Virus record (IMG/VR): IMGVR_UViG_3300013112_000606
Origin: an uncultured virus (IMG/VR IMGVR_UViG_3300013112_000606)
Taxonomy: Duplodnaviria; Heunggongvirae; Uroviricota; Caudoviricetes
Reading direction: 5' to 3' (one strand)
Length of the DNA stretch: 64,000 nt
Below the pieces are notes generated by a model. It did no database searches, had not been told where the DNA came from, and was given only the letters and a program-made list of their open reading frames with translations. A program made the translations under genes and the position numbers. Numbering within the stretch: the first letter of the stretch is position 1; every line of letters starts with the position of its first letter. Shown piece after piece: positions 36,347-46,800 of the stretch.

Positions 36347-36525
36347 TTCCTGACGGTGCCCCAGAGGTCCAGGGCGGCGTTCACGGTCAGGCCGCCGAAG
36401 AATCCTAGCGCCGCGTACACCCAGGGGCTCTCAGGCCAGGGGACCTCGACGTAGATCAGCAGCCAGATCCCGAGGGTGAGCCCGAAGATGGCCAGTCTGG
36501 TTGCTGCCGCCGTTGTGGCATCCAT
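36343..36525 (-). CDS. small two-TM membrane protein
   Basis: Two hydrophobic segments; TGATG overlap. Confidence 0.6.
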   Translation of the reverse strand: MDATTAAATRLAIFGLTLGIWLLIYVEVPWPESPWVYAALGFFGGLTVNAALDLWGTVRK

Positions 36526-36878
36526 CAGCGGCGCCAGCCGTCCAGGCCGTTCTCCCAGCGCTCGACGCCAGCGATCTGGGCGTCGGTGATGTGCTGGTGC
36601 TCCTTGGCCCAGCGCTTGACTCCCTCCAGGAAGGAGCGGGCGCTGCCGGCGAAGTCGTCGGCGGCCTCGGGCAGGTCGTCCAGCTCGCCGAGGAGGTCGT
36701 CGATGCGCTCGACCTGCTCCTCCCAGGGCTCGAGCGCGACGTCTCCGGTAGTCCAGGCCGCGTGCACGACGTCCAGCGAGAGCCGTGCTCCGCACTTCTC
36801 GCACTCGGCAGTGAAGGAGGTCATGATCTCGCTCTGAGTCTCGACCTCGATGTCGTAGGGTTCGTGTCGGCAGGTCAC
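36525..36878 (-). CDS. hypothetical protein
   Basis: Codon bias, overlaps. Confidence 0.7.
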   Translation of the reverse strand: MTCRHEPYDIEVETQSEIMTSFTAECEKCGARLSLDVVHAAWTTGDVALEPWEEQVERIDDLLGELDDLPEAADDFAGSARSFLEGVKRWAKEHQHITDAQIAGVERWENGLDGWRR

Positions 36879-37429
36879 TTCAGCAGCTCCTCGAGCTGGT
36901 CAGGGGTCTTGTCTTCCAGGGGGAGCAGCGCAGTCGCGCTCAGCTCCTGCTGTCCGGTTCGGATGCGCCCACACAGGTAGTCGACCAGCCGGTAGGCCAG
37001 CCTGTGCTGGTGTTCGCTGAGCTGGGTGCGGATCTCGGCGATGTGGGTGCGGTGCTTCGCATCGTAGGGACGCGCGGCGACGTTGATGGAGATGGCACGG
37101 TCGGTGGTCATCTCGTGCAGGAAGTCCTCGGGGTAGGCTCGGGTGTCGAGGCGGACGTAGACGCCGTTGGGGTCGGTGACCCCCTGGCGATAGTCGTCGT
37201 AGGTGGCGGGATCCAGCCAGATGTCGCGGAAGAGCAGGGCCTTGTGGATGACATCCCAGTTGTCGGCCAGCCACTCCCCGGACGCGAGGCGGTCGAGGAA
37301 CTTGTTGAGGTCCAGGGGGTGGATCTCGATGACGACGGGCTTCACCAGGCCAGGCGCGTTGATGTTCAGGGTGACGTCCTTGTCGTCGTAGACCAACTCG
37401 AGCTCGTCGGAGGTGATGTGGCGCATCAT
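36875..37429 (-). CDS. hypothetical protein
   Basis: Codon bias, overlaps. Confidence 0.75.
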   Translation of the reverse strand: MMRHITSDELELVYDDKDVTLNINAPGLVKPVVIEIHPLDLNKFLDRLASGEWLADNWDVIHKALLFRDIWLDPATYDDYRQGVTDPNGVYVRLDTRAYPEDFLHEMTTDRAISINVAARPYDAKHRTHIAEIRTQLSEHQHRLAYRLVDYLCGRIRTGQQELSATALLPLEDKTPDQLEELLK

Positions 37430-37869
37430 GTGCCCTCCCCCGCGATCTTCTCCAGCGTGGCCTTGGAGATGCTCCCGGACTCCAGGCGGACGCTGGAGTG
37501 CTTGAGGATGGCCTGCCAGTACACGCGGTCATCGCAGACGTTGATGGTCTCGCACTCCATGCGGACCTTGTTCTCCAGGTACTCGGCGACCCGCGGGTCC
37601 TTGTCGTCGAGGGGAGCCGCCCGGTCGTCCCAGACATCCCCCTCGTACTCCTCGTCCACGCCAGCCGCGACGTAGGAGACGTCGTAGTTCCACAGGACCA
37701 GCTTGTAGAGGCTGGTGCCCAGGTTGCTGTCGTCGCGCGCCTTGGCAAAGGCGTCGATGAGCCGGAGGTAGCGCCGGGCGTCCTCGGGTGTGATGGTGAT
37801 GACGGCGAAGTCGCCGTCCCCGTTGTAGTGCTCGTTGGACGAGCAGGTACGGGTGACGATGGTGGTCAT
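37426..37869 (-). CDS. hypothetical protein
   Basis: Codon bias, ATGA overlaps. Confidence 0.75.
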   Translation of the reverse strand: MTTIVTRTCSSNEHYNGDGDFAVITITPEDARRYLRLIDAFAKARDDSNLGTSLYKLVLWNYDVSYVAAGVDEEYEGDVWDDRAAPLDDKDPRVAEYLENKVRMECETINVCDDRVYWQAILKHSSVRLESGSISKATLEKIAGEGT

Positions 37870-38531
37870 CCGGTCTGGTCCATTTCTTCCATCTCCTCCC
37901 AGTCGTTCCAGCAGTCGCAGCTGGTGGCGTAGGGGTACTTCTCGTGGTCGATTCCGTCGAAGACGTCCCCGAGCACCGGGGAGTCCTCACAGCCGCAGGC
38001 CTTGATGTGGCCGTCGGGGAGCACCATCCATCCTTCGCAGGGGCACCCATCCCTGGTCTCCCAGTCGAGCAGCTGCTTGGCCCGTCCGACCCGAATGGGT
38101 GCGCGGATGGTGCGAACAGACACTGCCGCCTGCCCCTCTCGCGGGAAGCCCTTGGGCTCCAACAGGCGGAAGCGGTCAATCACCTGCTGGTCGATGGGGT
38201 CGTGCCACTCGTCGAGGGACAGGTCGACCCCCACCTTGTCCGGCATGTCGACTGCGCGGTCCAGCAGGCGGAACGTGTCCTCCTTGCGGGAGCCGTTGGT
38301 GGCCAGCCAGACGTAGAAGCCCCAGGCGAGGGCGAGGCCCAGCATCTCCCAGAACTGGGGGTGCAGGGTGGGTTCTCCGCCGCCGAGTGAGATGCCCTCT
38401 GAGCCGTAGTCGCTGGAGAAGTTCAGCGCCTGCTTGTAGGTCTCCATCGACATGTCCTCGCCCTCGGGGCCGTAGGCCCCACAGCAGTGGCCGCAGGTCA
38501 TGTTGCAGCGGGAAGTGAGCATCAGGTACAT
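37866..38531 (-). CDS. radical SAM protein
   Basis: CNMTCGHC (CxxxCxxC), GGGEPTLHP, ATNG, C-terminal Cys cluster. Confidence 0.9.
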   Translation of the reverse strand: MYLMLTSRCNMTCGHCCGAYGPEGEDMSMETYKQALNFSSDYGSEGISLGGGEPTLHPQFWEMLGLALAWGFYVWLATNGSRKEDTFRLLDRAVDMPDKVGVDLSLDEWHDPIDQQVIDRFRLLEPKGFPREGQAAVSVRTIRAPIRVGRAKQLLDWETRDGCPCEGWMVLPDGHIKACGCEDSPVLGDVFDGIDHEKYPYATSCDCWNDWEEMEEMDQTG

Positions 38532-38752
38532 CAGGCGGACCCGAAGCGGTACGAGGCGAAGCCGTTGTCGCCGACGTCGTCGCCCAGCCCGCGCTCGAAC
38601 CCGAGCTCCTTGAGCGTTGCCTCGTCCTCTGGCGTGACGGCGTCGTGGTCGATGTTGCAGATGTAGAGCACGTCGTGCTCGCAGTGGGTGGGGGCGTACG
38701 GGTTGCCGTACTTCAGGAAGATCTGCAGTGCCTTGATCAGGTCCTCCATCAC
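38531..38752 (-). CDS. small conserved phage protein
   Basis: DLIKALQIFLKYGN...PTHCEHD...SYRFGS. Confidence 0.75.
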   Translation of the reverse strand: MMEDLIKALQIFLKYGNPYAPTHCEHDVLYICNIDHDAVTPEDEATLKELGFERGLGDDVGDNGFASYRFGSA

Positions 38753-39708
38753 ACTCCTTTCATCTCAGCCCTGGCCCGCTCCGGGCACTGGCTGTAGGTC
38801 TTCGCCAGCACGTCGGCGACGGTGGCGTGGGGGTTCTTCTCGCGCCAGGAGCGGACCATCTCCACGATGGTGCCTGGCTTGCCCTTCCGCTTGAATCCAG
38901 TGGCGGCCATGCGCGGGTTGCGCTCCATGGCGATGGTCTCGTAGGTGACGGCGCGGCCCCACAGCTCGGGCTCCGCGACGGAGAGGGCCCACCACCAGCC
39001 GGCCGGCTGGTACGGGCAGATGAAGCAGCCGGACTTCATCACGTGGTCCAGGCCCCACATGCGCAGCACCTGAGCCTCGCGGGCCTTGCTGATGTCCATG
39101 TCGATGAGTGGGAACGCCTCCGAGGCGTAGGCCGGGGTCCGGCCCTCCCCGTTGTTCAGGCGCCGCTGCTCGTCGGCCGCGTACCCGATGAGCGCGACGT
39201 GTGGCTGCCGGTTGCCCTTGCGCACCTGGTTGGCGTAGCGGCGGTTGTTCAGGCCGAAGCGGTGCTGGGACAGGTCGTTCAGGAACCGCCGGATGGGCTG
39301 GATCTTGTGGTTGTCCGTGCAGTCGCCCTTGCCGAGGGACGCGACAGTCTGTCGCGACTGGAAGTCCTCGAGCACGCTGAGCCGGTAGTGGTAGGCCCCG
39401 GCGCCGATCTTGTCGGTCCAGTCCTCCTCGCCGGCGTGCTGGTACTTGGCGTCCTGGAGGCAGCCCGGCTTGGCCAGGGTGATGAAGGGCAGCCCGTGCT
39501 TGGCGCACAGCCGCGCCAGCTGGGGCTCCAGCTCGTAGGTGTGCGGCCACTCGCAGCCGGTGTCGCTGAAGACGGCCGCGTCGATGTCCTCGACCCCCAG
39601 GGTCCCGAGACCATCCACGTGGAGCTGGCCTGCGAAGAGCAGACACAGCATCGTGGTGGAGTCCCGGCCGACCCCGCAGTTCAGGGTGATGATGCGCTCG
39701 TCGTTCAC
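38749..39708 (-). CDS. PAPS-reductase/PP-loop family protein
   Basis: CGVGRDST PP-loop-like motif, FSDTGCEWPHTY, CT..HKIQPI, KSGCFICPYQ. Confidence 0.8.
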   Translation of the reverse strand: MNDERIITLNCGVGRDSTTMLCLLFAGQLHVDGLGTLGVEDIDAAVFSDTGCEWPHTYELEPQLARLCAKHGLPFITLAKPGCLQDAKYQHAGEEDWTDKIGAGAYHYRLSVLEDFQSRQTVASLGKGDCTDNHKIQPIRRFLNDLSQHRFGLNNRRYANQVRKGNRQPHVALIGYAADEQRRLNNGEGRTPAYASEAFPLIDMDISKAREAQVLRMWGLDHVMKSGCFICPYQPAGWWWALSVAEPELWGRAVTYETIAMERNPRMAATGFKRKGKPGTIVEMVRSWREKNPHATVADVLAKTYSQCPERARAEMKGV

Positions 39709-40106
39709 CGGCACGGGAAGACTGCGGCCTTCTCCCCCAGCTCGAGGGTAGTGGGGCTGACCACACGGGCCTCCGCAGACCACGCCCCCTCATCATCGCT
39801 CCAGGTGCAGACGATCTTCTGGGGCTCGGCCGTAGGCTCGATGTCGACAGGAGCCGAGTGCCAGCGGTGGATCTCCGCCTCAAGGTCTCTGAGCGTCTCG
39901 GCGTCCACCTCGTCGGCGATGTCCTGGGCCATCCCAGCGACGACCTTCTCCATCAGCGGGCGGAGCCGGTAGATGGGCCAGTACTTCAGGTACCGGCCGC
40001 GGAAGACGATCTCGATGTCCCAGCCGTCACGGCCGCGCTCGATGTGGATGCAGTGCTTGGCCAGCGTGAACTGGGTGTTGAAGTAGAGCCAGCTCTTGGC
40101 TCTCAT
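39705..40106 (-). CDS. hypothetical protein
   Basis: Overlaps, codon bias. Confidence 0.65.
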   Translation of the reverse strand: MRAKSWLYFNTQFTLAKHCIHIERGRDGWDIEIVFRGRYLKYWPIYRLRPLMEKVVAGMAQDIADEVDAETLRDLEAEIHRWHSAPVDIEPTAEPQKIVCTWSDDEGAWSAEARVVSPTTLELGEKAAVFPCR

Positions 40107-40699
40107 CAGCTTGCCTCCCTGGCGGCCCACGCCTCATCCATGCGCCGTGCCCGTGCGAACGCGCGCTTGCACCAGCGGGCGTAGCCGTCACCCCAGTAGG
40201 GGTGCTTGTCCTGCCAGACGCCTCGGGCGGCCAGGGGGATCTTGGTGAAGTGCCGGTGGCCACCGTCGCAGCCGTAGTGGTCGATGACGGCGCGCCGGAT
40301 GCGTTCCCAGCGCTCCTCGGTGATGTTGATGCCGAGGACCTCGGGGATGGGGGTGACGTACATCGACTGGATGGCCTCGGGGTCCTCGGCGTTGAAGGCG
40401 ATGGCCGGAGCGCACCAGACCTCGGGGAAGAGGCCGGGCGCGCCGATGGAGCCCATCGTCTCGACGTCCTCGGCGTAGAGCCCGCAGTCCTCGACGAGCG
40501 CCTCGAAGTGGGGGCGGATGAGGAGGCCGACCAGCTTGCGGTGCTTGCCCTTCTCCCAGCAGCCCTCGAGGTAGTCGTACTCGTACTCCTCGTCGCCCTC
40601 CGTGCAGTCCATGTGGCGGAGCACGGAGCGGCGCGGAAGGAAGCCCCGGATGGAGGCGTAGCTGGGCACGTCGACGCTGTAGATGACACTGAACAGCAT
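40106..40699 (-). CDS. hypothetical protein
   Basis: RBS GGAGG, codon bias. Confidence 0.7.
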   Translation of the reverse strand: MLFSVIYSVDVPSYASIRGFLPRRSVLRHMDCTEGDEEYEYDYLEGCWEKGKHRKLVGLLIRPHFEALVEDCGLYAEDVETMGSIGAPGLFPEVWCAPAIAFNAEDPEAIQSMYVTPIPEVLGINITEERWERIRRAVIDHYGCDGGHRHFTKIPLAARGVWQDKHPYWGDGYARWCKRAFARARRMDEAWAAREAS

Positions 40700-40968
40700 C
40701 AGGTCCTCCTGTTCGGGTAGCAATCCCGGTGGGCTCCGTCGAGGACACCGGGGTCGATGATGGCGTCCCGCCCCATCTTGGCGAGACGGGCGAGCAGGAA
40801 GGCCAGCTTTCGGTCGCTCTGGATCTCCGGGAATCGGTAGGGGACGATCCCCCGCCGGTGCACGATGACCTCGGACCTGTTGTACCCCGGCCGGACCTCG
40901 ACCTGCCCAACAGGCAGATCCAGGTGCATGGCAGGGATACCGATGTGGACGCCGGACCGCATGTGCAT
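40699..40968 (-). CDS. hypothetical protein
   Basis: TGATG overlap. Confidence 0.6.
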   Translation of the reverse strand: MHMRSGVHIGIPAMHLDLPVGQVEVRPGYNRSEVIVHRRGIVPYRFPEIQSDRKLAFLLARLAKMGRDAIIDPGVLDGAHRDCYPNRRT

Positions 40969-41258
40969 CAGCGCTTCCTCCTCACCACGCGGCCGGTGGG
41001 TAGGTCGAAGACCGCGTCGGCTCCCGACTCCCGGAGAATCCTCTGGAGTCGGCGGTTGTGGAACCAGGACAGCCCGGCCCCGATGACGGCCGCGAGCAGG
41101 CACACCCCCGAGAACGCGTTGGGTGCTCCGCTCTGGGCCACGGAGATGACGAACGAGGAGAGGAAGCCGCTGCCTCCGGCGATGAGCAGCACCCGTGGCA
41201 GCAGCCCGAAGACCAGTGCGTACCACAGGGGCGGCTTGAACTCGGCGAGCAGGGTCAT
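40968..41258 (-). CDS. small membrane protein
   Basis: MTLLAEFKPPLWYALV..., hydrophobic segments. Confidence 0.6.
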   Translation of the reverse strand: MTLLAEFKPPLWYALVFGLLPRVLLIAGGSGFLSSFVISVAQSGAPNAFSGVCLLAAVIGAGLSWFHNRRLQRILRESGADAVFDLPTGRVVRRKR

Positions 41259-41552
41259 CAGCGGCAGCCCCGGCAGTAGGACTGGCGGACCGGCCGGTTG
41301 TTGACGGTGCGGTAGCCGAACAGGCGAGCCACCTCGGTGTCCCCGCGGGCGATCTTCCCGCACTTGGGGCAGGTGGCCACGATGTGCTTCTTCAGGTTGC
41401 GGACGCGCGAGGAGCAGGCGCAGGACGATGCGCCGGGCCTGGCCGGTCTCCTCGAGCTTGTAGACGGCGTTGACCAGGCCCACGCGCTCCAGCTTGCGGA
41501 CGGCGTTGCGGGCCTGAACGCCGTTCAGGTTCACGATGTCACTCGGTCTCAT
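41258..41552 (-). pseudogene. Zn-finger protein with an internal +1 frameshift (~41405-41420)
   Basis: MRPSDIV...RRIVLRLL continues in the +1 frame as SRVRNLKKHIVATCPKCG...FGYR...QSYCRGCR-stop. Confidence 0.55.
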
Positions 41553-42018
41553 CTTCCTTCTCCATGTGCAGGGGGGTCTTGGTCTTGCAGAGGGGGCACC
41601 ACACCCACGCGGCGGCCCCGGCGTCCAGGTCCTCCATCTTGACCAGGAAGTGGTGGGAGCACTCCTCCTTGGGGCACACGAGCTGCTCGAACATGTCGCG
41701 TCCGACGCGGACCTCGTGGGCCTCGAACACCTCGTGGGGCTCGGAGTGGTGCAGCGGGGAGCCCTGCCCCAGCAGGTGCAGAGCGCGCTGGAGGTGGTGG
41801 CTCAGCCCAGAGCCCAGCCCGGACTCGATGGCCTGGATGGCGCCCGGGATGTCGACGGCCTGAGCGTACACGACCCGAGCCTCCTTGGTGGGCATCTGCG
41901 TCTCTTGCAGGTCGTTGCGGCGCTTCAGCTCCTTCACGAGCCGCTCCATGTGGGGGAGGAAGCGGTACTGGAGGAGCTGGGTGAAGGCCTGGAGCCCGAT
42001 GACGTTGATGGAGGTCAC
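41539..42018 (-). CDS. hypothetical protein with C-terminal Zn-ribbon
   Basis: GTGA overlap; CPKEEC...CPLC. Confidence 0.65.
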   Translation of the reverse strand: MTSINVIGLQAFTQLLQYRFLPHMERLVKELKRRNDLQETQMPTKEARVVYAQAVDIPGAIQAIESGLGSGLSHHLQRALHLLGQGSPLHHSEPHEVFEAHEVRVGRDMFEQLVCPKEECSHHFLVKMEDLDAGAAAWVWCPLCKTKTPLHMEKEDETE

Positions 42019-42989
42019 GCCTTCTCCAGCAGCAGGCCCAGGGCCTTGCGGTTCATGGTGGCAGCCGGACCGAACCACAGCCCCTTCATGCGGGTGACCT
42101 GCTTGGCGACGTCGTCGTCGCCGCGGGCGGAGCGCATGTGGGAGTTGTAGTTGAGCACGGCGCAGAGGAGACCCCAGGCCGTGCCCTCGCGGGTCTCCAG
42201 CGCGGCCCCGTCGCCGATCTCGTACAGCTCCTTGATGTCCTCGCGCTTCTTCTTGGCGCGAGCGTTGGACCGCTCCGTCCCGTCGGCCTTGGGCTTCGGG
42301 TTGGGGATCAGCTCCTCCAGGACCTCGTCGACCTCGGTGTACGGGAGGTAGCGCTTGGCCAGGTGCTGGGCAGCCTCGCCGAAGTTGGAGAAGGCGGCCG
42401 TGGCGGCGGTGAGGACGCGCTTGGCCTCCTTCACCTTGGTCTTGGGGTCCCCGGAGTGACGGATCTTGACGCCGTCGGCGTGGCCGAACATGGCGACGTT
42501 GGTGACCGCGTCGCACTGCGACACGTTGGCCTGGAGCAGCGCCCCGAGGGTGCGGCTGCCGTCGTGGGAGGTGTACATGTGGACGTAGCCCGCGACCTGG
42601 TCCTGCTCGTCGACGGTGATGGGGTTGGGCAGCCTCGCCACGACGAAGACCAGCTTGCCGCCATCGACGGCGCCGGCGTGGGTGAACTTCAGGTCGCCGT
42701 CCTTGGCGATGTCGTCGAAGAGGGAGAAGGCCAGCTGGTTGGAGATGTCCACGTAGCGCGCGCCGACGATGCCCAGGAACTCCTGGGTGTCCAGACGCAG
42801 CACGCCGCGGTAGCCCTCGATGGTGGTCTGCTCCGGTGCGCCGGTGTCGGGGTTGCCAACGTCGGAGTAGACGGGGAGGAGGTCACAGTCCCAGTCGCAT
42901 CCCGCAGCCAGCAGTGCCTCGTTGGTGTTTGCCGCCTTGTCGACGGTGGTGAGTACGGTGTCCCAAGGTACGCCCATTCGCAGCTCCAA
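42015..42989 (-). CDS. DUF932 family protein
   Basis: AGCDW, LGIVGARY, AGAVDGGK, TSHDGS, IRHSG, GTAWGLL. Confidence 0.85.
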   Translation of the reverse strand: MELRMGVPWDTVLTTVDKAANTNEALLAAGCDWDCDLLPVYSDVGNPDTGAPEQTTIEGYRGVLRLDTQEFLGIVGARYVDISNQLAFSLFDDIAKDGDLKFTHAGAVDGGKLVFVVARLPNPITVDEQDQVAGYVHMYTSHDGSRTLGALLQANVSQCDAVTNVAMFGHADGVKIRHSGDPKTKVKEAKRVLTAATAAFSNFGEAAQHLAKRYLPYTEVDEVLEELIPNPKPKADGTERSNARAKKKREDIKELYEIGDGAALETREGTAWGLLCAVLNYNSHMRSARGDDDVAKQVTRMKGLWFGPAATMNRKALGLLLEKA

Positions 42990-43071
42990 TTCTGGGGTTC
43001 AATTCAGGGCTCTTATGACGCGCTTGCTCGAATTCTTCCAGTGCGCGAGACTGTCGCAGAGGAGGCCTTCG

Positions 43072-43275
43072 ATGCTGGTGGTTCGCAAGGAAGACGGCAC
43101 GCTCCCGGAGACAGAGAACGAGGCCCTGGAGCTGGCGGCACAGGAGCTCACCGAGTTCGACACGGCGATGGTCAAGCTCGGCGAGGCGCCCCTGTCTGCG
43201 TACGAGCGGTCGCTGGTCCGTTCCTACCTGATGCTCAAGCTGAACAGGCAGCTCCCCAACGGGAGTTCGAGCTAA
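43072..43275 (+). CDS. hypothetical protein
   Basis: RBS GAGGAGG, codon bias. Confidence 0.6.
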   Translation: MLVVRKEDGTLPETENEALELAAQELTEFDTAMVKLGEAPLSAYERSLVRSYLMLKLNRQLPNGSSS

Positions 43276-43431
43276 GAAACGTCTGTCACTCGTGACCCCG
43301 CCACACCCCTCCGTGCGCTGCGTGTGCTCTTGGCCGGCAGGCACACTACGCCTGGATGCAACGGGTGACGCGCGGGACCGGGACCTTTGTCCGGTCTTCA
43401 CTCTTATGCCGCGCATCACCCGTTTCTTGCA

Positions 43432-43794
43432 TCACGCCGCCGGCCTGTGGGACAGGTGTCCAGCCTGGATGAAGGCCTGACCCAGCATCTTGCCCTCAGC
43501 CAGGAGCTGGCTGAACCGCTCATCGGTGATGAGCTCGGGGATGTAGTCGGGCTTCTCCCGCTGCGCCACGTAGTACCCGAACTCGAGGAGATCGTCCTCG
43601 GGCAGGGCCATCGTGGTGCTCCCCGACTGGAAGGTGATGATGTCCGGAGGAGCTTCCTCCTCCTGAGCCGTTCTCCGGTTGGCGGCGAACCCACCAACCA
43701 CGGTCAGCGTCGGTATCGCGGCGGTTTTCACCGCGATAGTCCCCCCGAATCCGGCTGCGAGGGTACCGACCACAGCAATCATGAAGACCAACAA
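43432..43794 (-). CDS. hypothetical protein with N-terminal hydrophobic segment
   Basis: RBS and ATAAG motif at 43830. Confidence 0.6.
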   Translation of the reverse strand: MLVFMIAVVGTLAAGFGGTIAVKTAAIPTLTVVGGFAANRRTAQEEEAPPDIITFQSGSTTMALPEDDLLEFGYYVAQREKPDYIPELITDERFSQLLAEGKMLGQAFIQAGHLSHRPAA

Positions 43795-43899
43795 AGCGCA
43801 CCTCCTCTCTCGCGTGCCTGTGCTAGTCTCTTATAGCGTTCCAACATCCTTGAATTTCGAGCGAAGCTCTGCGAGGTTGACACCAGGAGCCCTCCAGGC

Positions 43900-46800
43900 A
43901 TGACCGTCGTCACCAGCACCCAGGCCGGCCAGCTTTTTGCTCAGCAACAGCAGGCCATGCAGATGTCCATGGGCGCTGGCATGAGCCCCATCCCCACACT
44001 GGCCTCCGGATCCGTCAGCAAGGGTGTGGCCTCCACGGTCATGTCGGGGATGCAGCACCTCCCTGGTGCCTTGACGACCGTGGGGACCGTGGGAGGCCTC
44101 GCGGCGGGGGCCGCGGGGATGACCTCCCTCTCCGCTGGTGGTGCTGCCCTGGGTGGCGGGCTCGGTCTGCTCATGGGCGGGCCGGCGGGGCTCATTGGTG
44201 GTGCGGCGATGGGGGCTCTCCCCGTCGCGCCGGTGCTCGCCGGCATGGCTGCGGTCGGGTTCGGGGCCTATGGCCTTGGTCAGATGCAGCAGGGACTGGG
44301 CCAGGCCAACACGATGCAGCAGGCCTTGGGCGGCTACGGGTTCGGCAACCCCAGCTCCATGACGGGCCGCGGCTTCAACATGGGGCAGGCCGGTCAGATC
44401 ACCAACATGGTGCGCAGCATGGGGGCCGGCATCGGCCAGGGGGGCTTCAACGAGATTGCGCAGATCGCTGCGTCCCTCCCCGAGATGGGGATGATGCAGG
44501 GTGTACGTGACGCCGAGGAGTTCCAGCGGAAGTTCAGGGGACTCATCGACACCGTGAAGTCCATGACCACGGTGCTCGGTGTCTCCATGCAGGAGGCCCT
44601 CCCGTTCTTCCAGGGGCTCCGCGCCTCGGGCTTCTACAACCAGCAGGACATCGTGGCCCAGTCGGTGAACCGACAGCTGGCCGGATCCGTAGGCATCACG
44701 GGTCCGCAGTTCATGGGCTCGATGCAACAGGGGGCCGGCATCGCTCAGGCGTATGGGGCACGCCGTGCCGCTGGGGCGTCCCTGAACCAGTCGGTGGCCA
44801 CGGGCATCGGCATGGGGGTGCAGGAAGGCATCCTCAGCGAGGACCTGGTGACCGAGGCTGCCGGCGGCCGGATGGGCGGGGAGGCATACACCTTCCTGGC
44901 TGACCGGATGACGCAGCAGACCATGCAGTTCACGACGGGGGCCAAGGGCCGGAAGATGCTCCGGGCCCTGGGGGAGATCAAGGACGGGCGCTACACTGGA
45001 CGCATCGACAGGGGGCAGCTCACCCGGTGGCGCGCCGGGGAGATCGGGCTGGACAACCTCGGGGGCGACCGGGGCGGGTCCGACAAGTCCTTCAAGGCGA
45101 TGGAGTCCCGCCTCCGGGGCGGCGCGGCAGCCGCCATGGGCACCGACATCATCGGCGAGATGGTCGAGTCGGCCATGGGGGACAAGGACCTCGAGGGCCT
45201 GGAGCGGGATGATGCTGTCTCGGTCCTCATGCAGAAGTACACCCGCCTGGGGCAGGCCGAGGCGGAGTTGTACACGGACATGGCCCGTGAGTCTCGGACG
45301 CTCAGCAGGCAGCGGCGGATTCGGGCCTCCCAGGAAGTAGACCGGCAGATCTCCGAGGCCCAGCTGCGCCGCACGGGAGTCAAGGCCCTGTACCGCAAGC
45401 ACGTGGGGGCCCCGTGGTCGAGCGGTGTCGCGCAGCCCTTCCAGCACATGGGCCAGATCCTTGGCGGGAACATCGAGAGGGAGACACAGGGCTTCTTCGA
45501 CAGCGTCTACGGGCGGTACACCGCGGAGGTCACCCAGGAGTCCCGGGATGCGTTCCAGTTCGGTACGGGGCTCCAAGGGGGTGGCAGGAACATGGGCACC
45601 ATGGGCGGGCTCCGGCACGGAACGGCCGGGGGAATCGCCGGTGCTCTGAGTGGCGCAGCTGCCGGGGCGGGGATTGGAGCGGGGACGGGCTTGATCCTGG
45701 GTTCCTGGCTGGGGCCTGGGGCGTTGGCCGGGGCGGGAATCGGAGCGGGGGTTGGTGCCGTCGCAGGGGGGATTGGTGGCGCCTTCGCGGGGAGCAACAT
45801 CGCCATGGGCGGTACCGATGCGTACCGGGCGTCTGTCCGCGCCGCCCGCAACGCCTATGGGGGTGACATCCCGGTTTCTGTGGTCGAGAGCATCCAGGGG
45901 ATGGAGAACCGGCGTGCCGGCTTGGGCGGCGGGCTCACTGCCGCTGATGTTGGGATCAGCACTGAGGCGCTGGCCACCGGCAGCAGAAGCATGATGGGCG
46001 CCATCGCCATGGACAAGGGCACGGCAAATTGGTTCACCCGCGAGCAGGATATGGGGATCATGAACGCGGAGAACCTCCGGGAGAAGCTGCGGTACACCGA
46101 CTGGGGCAGGACGCACCTCAGAGGGAGGAGCAAGCGGCAGCAGCGGGAGATCGTCCGGGCCATGGCACAGAAGGCCGGGATCAGCCTCAGCGGCGAGGAT
46201 TACGCAAACGCGGTAGGCCGAGGTTTCGCCCGAGGGAGGAAGGGCGCCCTCGAGGATCTCGTGGACGCCGGGACAGGATTCATGAGCTCTAAGGCGCATG
46301 CGGCAGACTACCGTGCTGTGCTGTCGGGGCCGAACGGGAACAAGGTAGCTGCCTTCCTCGGGGGTATGGGGACCGCCGACGAGAAGATCAACAAGCTGCG
46401 GACCTACATGGGGCTCAGAGACGCAAAGGACAGGACGAAGGAAGAAGACATCATCCTGTCCCAGCTCAAGGCTGAGCTGGGTGACATCGACCTTGCAGGA
46501 GCCTCCTCGCTCATCCGCGCACTGCAGATGTACGACGGGGACGAGCTGCGCGGCGCAGCCCAGAGTTACTACTACGCCCAGCACGAGGAGGCAGCTGCCG
46601 CCTTCTCCGCCTCCGCAAACAAGCTGGGGGCCTCGCTCACCAACCAAATCTCCACCGCGGGTGAGGGCTACGCGGAGCTGCCGCAAGAGGCCCGTGACGC
46701 CTTGGAGGGGTGGGCCGCAGGCATGACCAACCTGACTGCGGAAGGTGCCATGGACATCATGGAGGGCCGCGGCACGGGCTCGGGCCTCACAGGTGAGGCC

